A stretch of 64,000 nt of DNA from a virus. A program made the position numbers and the translations under genes. The notes beneath the pieces were generated by a model. That model worked only from the letters and a program-made list of their open reading frames with translations, had not been told where the DNA came from and ran no database searches. The DNA lies in the IMG/VR virus record IMGVR_UViG_3300045600_000078, positions 1 through 64,000 of that record. The stretch is one strand, 5' to 3'. Positions 45,341 to 54,447 of the stretch are shown in pieces. Each line of letters starts with the position of its first letter. Position 1 is the first letter of the stretch.

Positions 45341-47089
45341 ATGTCATTATCCAATACGGCAGTTCCTAAGTATTATGGAGAATTTAGGGATTCTGTGCTT
45401 AAAGGGGATATGCCTGTAAATGATGAAGTCGCTATGGAAATGAATCGTATAGATTCATTGATCAATAATCCAGGTATATTTTACGATGATCGAGCTATGG
45501 ACGGTTTTGTTAATTTCTGTGAAAAAGAATTAACACTTACTGATGGCGAAGATCTTCACTTATTAGATTCTTTTAAGCTTTGGGCTGAAGAGATATTTGG
45601 CTGGTATTATTTTGTTGAAAGATCTGTGTATGTTCCGGACGAAGATAATCATGGCGGGCATTACGAGTTAAAGATGATTAAGAAACGGCTTATCAACAAG
45701 CAGTATCTTATTATCTCTCGTGGCGCGGCTAAGTCAATGTATGACTCATGCATACAGAATTATTTTCTCAATGTCGATACCTCAACTACTCATCAGATAA
45801 CAACAGCCCCAACGTTAAAGCAGGCCGATGAAGTTCTATCCCCGATAAGAACAGCAATCACGAGAGCCAGAGGCCCGTTATTCAAGTTCTTAACTGAAGG
45901 ATCGATGCAGAATACCACAGGATCCAGGGCAAACCGGGTTAAGCTGTCATCTACTAAAAAGGGCATTGAAAACTTTTTAACGGGGTCACTTCTAGAAACT
46001 CGGCCAATGTCAATAGACAAGCTTCAGGGGCTTCGATGTAAGATTGCTACTGTAGACGAGTGGCTTTCTGGAGATGTCCGTGAAGATGTTATTGGCGCAA
46101 TCGAGCAAGGCGCGTCTAAGCTTGATGACTATCTTATTGTAGCTACAAGCTCAGAAGGTACTGTTCGTAATGGGTCTGGCGATACCATCAAAATGGAATT
46201 GATGTCAATTCTAAAGGGCGAGTATGTAAACCCCCATGTATCTATTTGGTATTATCGACTTGATGATGCCAAAGAGATTAACGATCCTTCTCTTTGGCTT
46301 AAGGCGAACCCTAATCTTGGAAAGACCGTTACGTATGAAACGTATCAGCTTGACGTTGATCGAGCTGAGAAAGCCCCGGCGGCTAGGAATGATATTTTAG
46401 CAAAGAGGTTTGGTATTCCTATGGAGGGCTATACGTACTTCTTTACGTATGATGAGACTCTGCCGACTCGGCGTAAGCGGGACTATTGGCAGATGCCTTG
46501 TTCTCTTGGGGCGGATCTTTCGCAAGGGGATGACTTCTGTGCATTCACATTCCTATTTCCTCTTGGCGGAGAAGATTTTGGAATAAAGACCAGAAGCTAT
46601 ATAACTTCGTTCACGCTTATGCAATTACCGATGGCTATGCGAAATAAGTATGACGAATTTATTAATGAAGGATCGCTTATAGTTATGGATGGTACAGTTC
46701 TTGATATGACCAACGTGTACAATGATGTTGATCAGCATATTGTTGATAGGCAGTATGATGTACGAAGTTTTGGCTACGATCCATATAATGCCAAAGAGTT
46801 TGTTGAGCGGTGGTCTACTGAGAACAGCCCATATGGTGTTGAAAAAGTTATGCAGGGGTCAAAGACGGAATCCGTCCCTCTCGGAGAATTGAAGAAACTC
46901 GCCGAGCAAGGGAAACTGATATTTGATGAAAATCTTATGTCGTTTACTATGGGAAACTGTATAACTCTTGAAGACAATAACGGAAATCGAAAGCTTCTCA
47001 AGGAACGCCGAGATAAGAAGATAGATAATGTTTCGGCGCTTATGGATGCTTATGTTGCTTATAAGCGGCAGAAGGAAGCTTTTGAATGA
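45341..47089 (+). CDS. terL: Terminase large subunit
   Basis: ATPase: LIISRGAAKSMY (Walker A-like), ATVDEW (Walker B). Nuclease: LGADLSQGDDFCAF, GYDPYNA, KIDNVSALMDAY. Start at ATG 45341 after GGAGG. Confidence 0.9.
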   Translation: MSLSNTAVPKYYGEFRDSVLKGDMPVNDEVAMEMNRIDSLINNPGIFYDDRAMDGFVNFCEKELTLTDGEDLHLLDSFKLWAEEIFGWYYFVERSVYVPDEDNHGGHYELKMIKKRLINKQYLIISRGAAKSMYDSCIQNYFLNVDTSTTHQITTAPTLKQADEVLSPIRTAITRARGPLFKFLTEGSMQNTTGSRANRVKLSSTKKGIENFLTGSLLETRPMSIDKLQGLRCKIATVDEWLSGDVREDVIGAIEQGASKLDDYLIVATSSEGTVRNGSGDTIKMELMSILKGEYVNPHVSIWYYRLDDAKEINDPSLWLKANPNLGKTVTYETYQLDVDRAEKAPAARNDILAKRFGIPMEGYTYFFTYDETLPTRRKRDYWQMPCSLGADLSQGDDFCAFTFLFPLGGEDFGIKTRSYITSFTLMQLPMAMRNKYDEFINEGSLIVMDGTVLDMTNVYNDVDQHIVDRQYDVRSFGYDPYNAKEFVERWSTENSPYGVEKVMQGSKTESVPLGELKKLAEQGKLIFDENLMSFTMGNCITLEDNNGNRKLLKERRDKKIDNVSALMDAYVAYKRQKEAFE

Positions 47090-47114
47090 TATTTATTAAG
47101 AATGGAGGTGCTAT

Positions 47115-47546
47115 ATGACTAACGAAGAGTATCTAATGCACCATGGGATTATTGGAATGAAGTGGGGTGTGCATAAGATAAAGACCTCCACAGATTATGC
47201 TGATCTTTCAAATAAAAAAGATAAGCTTACGTCTCAGAACGAAAAGCTTAATAACAAAATTTATAAAATGACCAACAAATCGAATAAGATGGCTATGAAA
47301 GGCGCTAAGTTTAATTATAAGGCGTCAAAGGATACTTATAAACATGATGGAGAAAACACGGATAAGTATACCTATAAGTCTAATAAATACACGGTGAAGT
47401 CGGCAAAGCTCGATAACAAGGTTTCCAAGGCACGTCGAACTATACAGCAGAATACTGTATTTATTAATGCTATGAATTCACGAATGGGCGAACTTAATTC
47501 GGGTAATGTTTCTGCTGGATCGAATTATATTAATTCTTGTCTGTAG
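47115..47546 (+). CDS. HHG-x-GMKWG N-terminal-motif protein, paralog 2 (143 aa)
   Basis: MTNEEYLMHHGIIGMKWGVHK...; Lys-rich body; RBS TGGAGGTG. Confidence 0.6.
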   Translation: MTNEEYLMHHGIIGMKWGVHKIKTSTDYADLSNKKDKLTSQNEKLNNKIYKMTNKSNKMAMKGAKFNYKASKDTYKHDGENTDKYTYKSNKYTVKSAKLDNKVSKARRTIQQNTVFINAMNSRMGELNSGNVSAGSNYINSCL

Positions 47547-47555
47547 ATGTTTTAA

Positions 47556-47603
47556 ATGAATGACTATTTGATGCACCATGGAATTATAATACTTAGGGGA
47601 TAG
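47556..47603 (+). pseudogene. Truncated remnant of the HHG-motif N-terminus (15 codons)
   Basis: ATG AAT GAC TAT TTG ATG CAC CAT GGA ATT ... = MNDYLMHHGIIILRG*. Confidence 0.45.
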
Positions 47604-47606
47604 CGT

Positions 47607-48023
47607 ATGAACGAAGATTATTTAGCACATCATGGAGTTCTTGGAATGAAGTGGGGAGTTCGAAAAGCAAGCAGGGCATATGCCAATGCCGAAACAGCTT
47701 CTGATAAAGCCAATGCTAAAAAAAAGATGGTTAGCGAATTATCGAAAGATAGTAAAAAGTTAAATAAACTTAATGCCAAAGCTAGTAAAATGATAGGTAA
47801 GACAGTTAACAAGAAGTACGGGGTTTTCGGATCCCAATCAAAATATGAAAAGTATAAGGCCCGGGCAGATAAAAAAGCTTATAAAGCAAAAAAATGGTAC
47901 GATAATATGGAGACCCAATATAAGCAGCAAAATATTGTTGATATTTCTGATAGTGATAAAAAACTTGGAGAAAAGTATATAAATTATTTCAGGCAAGCTT
48001 CTGAAATTTCAAAATCCTTCTAA
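47607..48023 (+). CDS. HHG-x-GMKWG N-terminal-motif protein, paralog 3 (138 aa)
   Basis: MNEDYLAHHGVLGMKWGVRK...; Lys-rich body. Confidence 0.6.
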   Translation: MNEDYLAHHGVLGMKWGVRKASRAYANAETASDKANAKKKMVSELSKDSKKLNKLNAKASKMIGKTVNKKYGVFGSQSKYEKYKARADKKAYKAKKWYDNMETQYKQQNIVDISDSDKKLGEKYINYFRQASEISKSF

Positions 48024-48077
48024 TTAATTAATAGCCAAGTCTTAGACTTATATTTATCATTCGGAAGGGAGGTGCTT

Positions 48078-49397
48078 ATGGGTTTAGTATCAAGAATGAA
48101 AAATGCATGGAATGCTTTTACAGATACGGATAGTTCTAGAACTTTTTCGTATACATTGGGTACCTCTTCTTCTCGTCCTGATTTTAGAAATCGAGGGCAT
48201 ATCGGAAACGAACGTTCTATTGTGAATTCTGTTTACAATAGAATCGCAGTTGATGTCTCTCAGATAAATTTAGAGCATGCACGTGTTGATGGTAATAATC
48301 GATATTTGGAACCGATTGATTCTGGGTTAAACTATGCTTTAACTCAGGAAGCTAACATTGACCAGACAGGAAAGTCTCTTATACAGGACGCTGTTATGTC
48401 GATGTTTGACGAGGGAACGGTTGCCATTGTTCCTGTTGATACTGTTGGGGATCCTCTTATGGGATCATATGATATTAAGACGGTTCGAGTAGGTCGAATA
48501 GTTCAGTGGTATCCTCGTCATGTTCAGATAGAGCTTTATAACGATCGAACAGGAAACAAGGAAACGGTAACACTTCCTAAAGAGATTGTGGCTATAGTTC
48601 AGAATCCATTCTATTCAATCATGAATGAGCCAAACTCAACTTTGCAGCGTCTTATACATAAGCTCAACCTTCTTGACTATATTGATGATCAAAGTGGTTC
48701 TGGAAAGATGAATCTTATCGTCCAGCTTCCATATCAGTTAAAGTCGGAAATGCAAAAGACCCGTGCCGCTACTAGGCAAGCAGAGATTGAGGCTCAGTTA
48801 AAAGATTCGAAGTTTGGAATCGCTTATATTGATGCCACTGAGCATATTACTCAGTTGAATCGTCCCGTTGAGAACAATCTGTTAGATCAGATTAAGAATC
48901 TTACTGACATGCTTTATAGTCAATTGGGGCTCACCACTGATATTATGAATGGTACCGCTAGTGAAGCCGTAATGAAGAATTACTATAAGCGTACAGTCAA
49001 TACAATACTGGATTCGTTTCAAGACGAGATTCAAAGGAAGTTTCTTACTAAGACTGCCCGATCTCAAGGACAGGCGATTGTATATTTCAATGATGTATTT
49101 AGCTTAATTCCTGCAACTGATATTGCTAATATGGCGGATGCTTTTGCGCGAAACGAGATACTCACATCTAATGAACTTAGATCTATTATCGGATTTAAGC
49201 CTAGTTCTGACCCTAAGGCAGATACACTTACCAACTCTAATTTGTATCCTGCTGACGGTTCGGACGGAGGACAGCCTAGTTCTCCTTCAGCAGCAAATTC
49301 GGTATCACAGGAGGATAGCAGCTCCGAGTTAACGGATATTGTGGGCGACAAATCTAAGTTAATTGATACTGCGAACGAAATAACCAATGCTCAGTGA
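48078..49397 (+). CDS. Portal protein
   Basis: Called by position (after TerL, before protease/capsid) and size (439 aa). C-terminal SNELRSIIGFKP-type segment. Start at ATG 48078 after GGGAGGTG. Confidence 0.6.
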   Translation: MGLVSRMKNAWNAFTDTDSSRTFSYTLGTSSSRPDFRNRGHIGNERSIVNSVYNRIAVDVSQINLEHARVDGNNRYLEPIDSGLNYALTQEANIDQTGKSLIQDAVMSMFDEGTVAIVPVDTVGDPLMGSYDIKTVRVGRIVQWYPRHVQIELYNDRTGNKETVTLPKEIVAIVQNPFYSIMNEPNSTLQRLIHKLNLLDYIDDQSGSGKMNLIVQLPYQLKSEMQKTRAATRQAEIEAQLKDSKFGIAYIDATEHITQLNRPVENNLLDQIKNLTDMLYSQLGLTTDIMNGTASEAVMKNYYKRTVNTILDSFQDEIQRKFLTKTARSQGQAIVYFNDVFSLIPATDIANMADAFARNEILTSNELRSIIGFKPSSDPKADTLTNSNLYPADGSDGGQPSSPSAANSVSQEDSSSELTDIVGDKSKLIDTANEITNAQ

Positions 49398-49547
49398 TAT
49401 TTTCTAGTAGTATAGATTTGATTTGACTTTGATGCATATCTTATACAAAAATTCAAAGGTATGCTCTATATGAAAATCTTTCTATTCTATTCTGGATTAT
49501 TATATTTTTTTTTGTAATACAAAAAATAATTGATTGGAGGTTTAAGT

Positions 49548-51674
49548 ATGAAGTATGATTTTGGCGGATATGCTACCAAGAACGATCTTCTTTGCTCTGA
49601 CGGGCGAGTGATTCGTCGTGATGCTTTTAAGGCGTGCGATGGAAAGCGTGTCCCACTCGTGTGGAATCATATGCACGATGCTCCAGAGAATGTTCTTGGC
49701 CACGCAGATCTTCAGAACCGTGCTGATGGTGTATATGCGTATTGTTCTTTTAATGATACGGATAAGGCTGCGGCAGCAAAGGAAGCTGTCCGAAACGGGG
49801 ACATTTGTTCTCTTTCTATTTATGCCAATCACCTTAAGCAAACCGGTCATGACGTAATTCATGGCGCTATTCGTGAAGTTAGCCTTGTTCTTGCCGGGGC
49901 TAACCCTGGAGCTGAAATTGAGCAGGTCGCTATTCAGCATAGTGACGATAGCTACGAGACTCTTTCTGACGAAGCAGTTATAAAGTCTTGGGTGAATCTC
50001 GATAGTGACGAAGTTGAGTTTGCTCATTCCGACGTTCAGGATGATACTAAGAAAGAAGATAATACTACGGATACTTCAAATACTAATGTGGAGGCACAGT
50101 CTAATAAGTCGTCCGATTCGTCGATGTCGATTGAGGACTTTGTCAATTCCCTCACGGATGATCAGAAGAAGCTTCTTGCTCAGCTGATCAAGAAGGATAC
50201 GGCTTCTAAGCCGAATCAAAATGAGACCACATCTAAGGCTGCTGCTCCTAGTGCCGCCAAGTGTGCTCCAGCAAAGCCAGATGCTGAGCTTGCCCAGTCT
50301 GACATTCCGGCGAATTTTAAGAAAGATTCAAACAAGGAGGATCCCAGCATGAACAATGCTACTACCCCGACCACGCCTGCTGCTTCTGCGCAGGACAACA
50401 GTGACAAGACCGTTCAGGACATTTATGATGCCATGACCGACGATCAGAAGACCGTTGTTCAGTATCTCGTTGGTCTTGCTCTTCAGGAAAATGGTGGCGA
50501 CGATTCGAAGGACAAGGGTTCTGACGAGGTCGCCCAGTCTGATATTTATGGGGGAAATGATATGCAGCATAACGTTTTTGATTCCGAGGGCAATGTTCTT
50601 TCGCATTCCGATATTGAGGGCATTAAGGATCAGCTCTTCTCTGATGTTATGAATGATGTTAAGCATGGCGCTTCGTTCAAGGAGTCTGTCCTTGCTCATG
50701 CTGAGGGCGACTATGGCATCCAGAATGTTTCGGTTCTTTTCCCTGATGCTCAGGATGTTGCTGATGGTCCTCAGTTCATGGATCAGCAGGCCGAGTGGGT
50801 CAATGTCATCATGAACGGTACCAAGCATGTTCCGTTCGCCAAGTTCAAGACGATCATCGCGGACATCACCGCTGCCGATGCTCGTGCCAAGGGCTATATC
50901 AAGGGCAAGCAGAAGGTCAACGAGTTCTTCAAGGTGGCTAAGCGTGAGACCACGCCTCAGACCGTGTACAAGAAGCAGAAGATGGATCGTGACGACATCG
51001 TCGACATCACTGACTTCGATGTTGTGAATTGGCTTCGTGGGGAGATGCGCATCAAGCTCAACGAGGAGCTTGGCCGTGCCTTCCTGATTGGTGATGGCCG
51101 CAGCGCCGAGTCCCCTGATAAGATCGATGAGGAGCACATTCGTCCTATCGCTAGCGATGTCGATGTGTTTAACGTGAAGGTTAACCTTTCGCAGAACACT
51201 GATTACGCTAAGATGATCGAAGAGATTGCACTTGCCCACAGCTATTATCGTGGCAACGGTACCCCCATGTTCTTCACTTCGCCTACCACCCATACCAAGA
51301 TGCTTTGGGTGAAGGATACCACCGGCCGTCGTCTGTATGCTTCCGAAGATGAGCTCTGCGCTGCTCTTCGCGTTTCGCAGATTGTCGACGTTCCTGACAT
51401 GGAGTCCGCGACTCATGTCGATGGCACCGATACCTATGACATCCTTGGTATCAAGGTTAACCCCAGCGATTACACGGTTGGCGCTGACAAGGGCGGCGAG
51501 ATCAACAACTTTGATGATTTCGACATTGACTACAACCAGTACAAGTATCTCATGGAGACTCGTTGCTCCGCTGGTCTGACCATTCCTTGGTCTGCTGAGA
51601 CGATTCGCTTTGACACCACCAAGGCCCCTGAGAAGGAGACCATCAGCAACGGCTCGATCACTGACGTTCATTAG
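49548..51674 (+). CDS. Fused prohead protease (HK97/S78-like) + acidic linker + HK97-fold major capsid protein
   Basis: N-terminus: VPLVWNHMHD..VLGHADL...SLSIYAN...IREVSLVLAGANPGAEI. Linker about 200 aa rich in D/K/S/T/A. C-terminus: ADITAADARAKGYIKGKQK..RETTPQTVYKKQKMDRDDIVDITDFDVVNWLRGEMRIKLNEELGRAFLIGDGR. Confidence 0.8.
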   Translation: MKYDFGGYATKNDLLCSDGRVIRRDAFKACDGKRVPLVWNHMHDAPENVLGHADLQNRADGVYAYCSFNDTDKAAAAKEAVRNGDICSLSIYANHLKQTGHDVIHGAIREVSLVLAGANPGAEIEQVAIQHSDDSYETLSDEAVIKSWVNLDSDEVEFAHSDVQDDTKKEDNTTDTSNTNVEAQSNKSSDSSMSIEDFVNSLTDDQKKLLAQLIKKDTASKPNQNETTSKAAAPSAAKCAPAKPDAELAQSDIPANFKKDSNKEDPSMNNATTPTTPAASAQDNSDKTVQDIYDAMTDDQKTVVQYLVGLALQENGGDDSKDKGSDEVAQSDIYGGNDMQHNVFDSEGNVLSHSDIEGIKDQLFSDVMNDVKHGASFKESVLAHAEGDYGIQNVSVLFPDAQDVADGPQFMDQQAEWVNVIMNGTKHVPFAKFKTIIADITAADARAKGYIKGKQKVNEFFKVAKRETTPQTVYKKQKMDRDDIVDITDFDVVNWLRGEMRIKLNEELGRAFLIGDGRSAESPDKIDEEHIRPIASDVDVFNVKVNLSQNTDYAKMIEEIALAHSYYRGNGTPMFFTSPTTHTKMLWVKDTTGRRLYASEDELCAALRVSQIVDVPDMESATHVDGTDTYDILGIKVNPSDYTVGADKGGEINNFDDFDIDYNQYKYLMETRCSAGLTIPWSAETIRFDTTKAPEKETISNGSITDVH

Positions 51675-51715
51675 GCTGTTAGCTGAATCAAAATGAGACT
51701 GGGAGGTTATAGACG

Positions 51716-52045
51716 GTGGCTAGATTTTATGGAGTGATTGGTTTTTCTGTAACCAATTCAACAGTTCCTGGAGTTTGGACGCCGTCTATAACCGAACGTC
51801 CATACAAGGGTGAGGTTATTAGTAATTTTCGAAAGTATGAATCTAATTCCGATTCTACAAATGATGATATTCTTCTAAATAATAAGATTAGTGTTCTTTC
51901 AGATTCGTTTATTGACAAGAATATTGGGAACATGATATTTGTTGTTTGGAATCAGACTGCTTGGAAAATTAGTAATGTAGAAATTACATATCCAAGAATC
52001 ATCATTACTTTGGGGGGTGTATACCATGGGGACCGAGCCTCGTAG
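51716..52045 (+). CDS. Head-tail joining protein candidate (109 aa, GTG start)
   Basis: Called by position between capsid and tail genes; RBS GGGAGG. Confidence 0.4.
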   Translation: MARFYGVIGFSVTNSTVPGVWTPSITERPYKGEVISNFRKYESNSDSTNDDILLNNKISVLSDSFIDKNIGNMIFVVWNQTAWKISNVEITYPRIIITLGGVYHGDRAS

Positions 52046-52343
52046 ATACGAGCTTCAGCGAAAGCTTGAAGAATGTTTGGGTTCTAGTAATGTATACTTT
52101 AATCCCCCCGAGGGGCTAAAGATTTCGTATCCGTGTATTGTCTATACTCGTTCGAGAAAGTCTATCAAACGAGCTGATGATAAAGCGTATACGACCAGAA
52201 CCGGATACGACGTTACGCTTATTCAGCGAGATCCGGATTCGACTTTGGTAGATTCTATATTTGATAACTTCACCTATATTCAGTACAATCGAACCTTTGT
52301 TACTGAAAATCTTTATCACGATGTATATTTGCTATATTTCTAA
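52026..52343 (+). CDS. Head-tail joining / tail completion candidate (105 aa)
   Basis: Called by position. ...VYFNPPEGLKISYPCIVY... resembles tail-completion-type proteins. Confidence 0.4.
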   Translation: MGTEPRRYELQRKLEECLGSSNVYFNPPEGLKISYPCIVYTRSRKSIKRADDKAYTTRTGYDVTLIQRDPDSTLVDSIFDNFTYIQYNRTFVTENLYHDVYLLYF

Positions 52344-52355
52344 TTAGGAGGAATA

Positions 52356-53021
52356 ATGGCTAAGCTTGTTTGGGATGAGACTGGATCTCGTGTTTACGAG
52401 ACTGGTACTAAGAATGGTGTTCTCTATCCGTATGACAGCACTACTGCTAGCTATCCTACCGGAGTTGCTTGGAACGGTCTTACTGCCGTTACTGAGAGTC
52501 CCTCTGGTGCTGACGAGTCGGCTATCTATGCAGACGATATGAAGTATGCTTCGCTTCGTGCCGCCGAGGAGTTTGGCGCTACGATCGAGGCTTACACGTA
52601 TCCTGATCAGTGGGGGGCATGCGATGGCTCCGCTGATCTTGGTAAGGGCGTGAGCATTGGCCAGCAGTCTCGTAAGAAGTTTGGTCTTTCGTACAAGACC
52701 ATTCTTGGCAATGACACTGATCTCGATGCCCATGGTTATAAGATTCACCTTATTTATGGCTGCACGGCTTCTCCTTCGGAGAAGGACTATGCTACCGTTA
52801 ACGACTCGCCTGATGCAATTTCGTTCTCTTGGGATGTTACGGCGGACAAGGTGAATGTTCCTGGCTTTAAGCCGACTGCGTGCATTACGATTGACAGCAC
52901 TAAGATTGACGCGACGAAGCTTTTGGCTCTTGAGACGATTCTTTATGGCGGCGAAGGTGAGACGGCGACTGCTCGTCTTCCGCTTCCGGCCGAGATTATT
53001 ACTCTTATCGGGACCAAGTAA
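52356..53021 (+). CDS. Major tail protein (TP901-1/phi13-like)
   Basis: MAKLVWDETGSRVYETGTKNGVLYPYD...GVAWNGLTAVTESPSGAD...IHLIYGCTASPSEKDY.. is characteristic. RBS AGGAGG. Confidence 0.8.
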   Translation: MAKLVWDETGSRVYETGTKNGVLYPYDSTTASYPTGVAWNGLTAVTESPSGADESAIYADDMKYASLRAAEEFGATIEAYTYPDQWGACDGSADLGKGVSIGQQSRKKFGLSYKTILGNDTDLDAHGYKIHLIYGCTASPSEKDYATVNDSPDAISFSWDVTADKVNVPGFKPTACITIDSTKIDATKLLALETILYGGEGETATARLPLPAEIITLIGTK

Positions 53022-53064
53022 ATTAGGCTGTTTTTAAACAAAGCATCTCTTGAAAGGGGAGAAA

Positions 53065-53502
53065 ATGCTTAAGAAGACTATCGAGTATACCGATTATAAT
53101 GGAAACGAGCGCACCGAGGATTTCTATTTCAATCTTTCTAAGGCCGAGGTTTATGAAATGGAGATGTCGACTGCTGGCGGTCTTGAGACTTATATTAATA
53201 AGATCATCTCGACCAAAGATTCAGCGGCGATTGTCTCTATGTTTAAGGACCTCATCGTGAAGTCTTATGGTGAGAAGTCGGATGACGGACGTCGATTCAT
53301 TAAGTCGGAAGAGCTTTCCAATGACTTCGAACAGACTGAGGCATATGCCAATCTGTTTGTTGAACTGTCTACTGACGCCGACAAGGCCGCAGCATTTGTT
53401 AATGGGATTCTTCCAAAGGATATGTCTCAGGATGCAAAGGATAATAGTAAACTGAGTCCTGACGATCCCAAGAAGGTTCTTGAAATGCATAAGAATTCTT
53501 AA
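53065..53502 (+). CDS. Tail assembly chaperone
   Basis: Called by position. KKTIEYTDYNGNERTEDFYFNLSKAEVYEME is typical of siphovirus chaperones; acidic C-terminus. Confidence 0.6.
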   Translation: MLKKTIEYTDYNGNERTEDFYFNLSKAEVYEMEMSTAGGLETYINKIISTKDSAAIVSMFKDLIVKSYGEKSDDGRRFIKSEELSNDFEQTEAYANLFVELSTDADKAAAFVNGILPKDMSQDAKDNSKLSPDDPKKVLEMHKNS

Positions 53503-53521
53503 GTAGAATGAGGTGAGCGGA

Positions 53522-54064
53522 ATGCTCCGAGTGACGATACCTGAATTTGAAGCGTTTGATGAGGAGGCTAATGAATTTGTCTCCTGCAAACAGCAGGATC
53601 TTTGCTTGGAGCATTCCCTTGTCTCCATTTCAAAATGGGAGTCAAAGTGGAAAAAGCCCTTTATTAGTAAAGAGCAGAAGACCACTGAGCAAACAATTGA
53701 CTATGTTCGGTGTATGACAATAACAAAGAACGTTGATCCGAATTGTTATCTGGGAATTCCGATGAGCGTTCTTAAGGAAATAAATTCTTATATAGACGAT
53801 TCTATGACTGCCACATGGTTTACCGAGCATAAAGGCAGGCCGAGTCGTGAAGTAATCACGTCAGAACTTATATATTATTGGATGGTCGCCTACAACATTC
53901 CATTCGAATGCCAAAAGTGGCATCTCAACAGGTTACTTACTCTGATACGAATCTGTTCCATAAAGAATAATCCTTCCAAGAAGAAAATGAGCAAATCTGA
54001 GATAATGGCTAGGAACAAGCAATTGAATGCAGCTCGAAGGGCTAAATCGCATTCTAGGGGGTGA
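53522..54064 (+). CDS. Phage Gp15-family tail-module protein (second chaperone-like)
   Basis: WESKWKKPF...EVITSELIYYWMVAYNIPFECQKWHLNRLLTLIRI..KNNPSKKKMS. Confidence 0.5.
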   Translation: MLRVTIPEFEAFDEEANEFVSCKQQDLCLEHSLVSISKWESKWKKPFISKEQKTTEQTIDYVRCMTITKNVDPNCYLGIPMSVLKEINSYIDDSMTATWFTEHKGRPSREVITSELIYYWMVAYNIPFECQKWHLNRLLTLIRICSIKNNPSKKKMSKSEIMARNKQLNAARRAKSHSRG

Positions 54065-54069
54065 TTTTA

Positions 54070-54447
54070 ATGATCTCGTTTTCAAGTAAAGGCAATTTTT
54101 CAAATATTGAAAAGTTTTTAGCAGCTATGAAACGAAAGCAGTATCTTGATGTTTTAAATGATTATGGTGCGCAAGGAGTTGCTGCACTTTCAGCGGCTAC
54201 GCCTAAAGATTCTGGAAGAACTTCGGAATCATGGACTTATGAAATCGAGCAGTCATTAGGATCATCGTCTATATATTGGTCTAATACTAACATCAACGAA
54301 GGCGTTAATATTGCCGTGATTATTCAGTATGGGCACGGAACTGGTAGCGGTGGGTATGTTGCGGGAAGGGATTACATAAACCCATCAATTAGGCCCATAT
54401 TTGATTCGATAGCCGAAGCAGCATGGAAGGAGGTGCAGTCATCGTGA
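54070..54447 (+). CDS. HK97 gp10-like tail-component protein
   Basis: ...AATPKDSGRTSESWTYEI......IIQYGHGTG pattern. Confidence 0.4.
   Translation: MISFSSKGNFSNIEKFLAAMKRKQYLDVLNDYGAQGVAALSAATPKDSGRTSESWTYEIEQSLGSSSIYWSNTNINEGVNIAVIIQYGHGTGSGGYVAGRDYINPSIRPIFDSIAEAAWKEVQSS

Noticed and set aside
50328-51671. 447-aa ORF on the minus strand
   Set aside because: It is fully antisense to the capsid part of the protease-capsid gene, which has clear family motifs. It has no RBS and a low-complexity translation. This is a typical shadow ORF of a biased coding strand.
53065-54064. Programmed -1 frameshift joining the two tail-chaperone ORFs (gpG/gpGT-type)
   Set aside because: The second ORF is in the +1 frame relative to the first. 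Its frame is closed by TAG at 53504, only 9 nt upstream of its start. I saw no slippery heptamer in the overlap zone, and it has its own GAGGTGA RBS.
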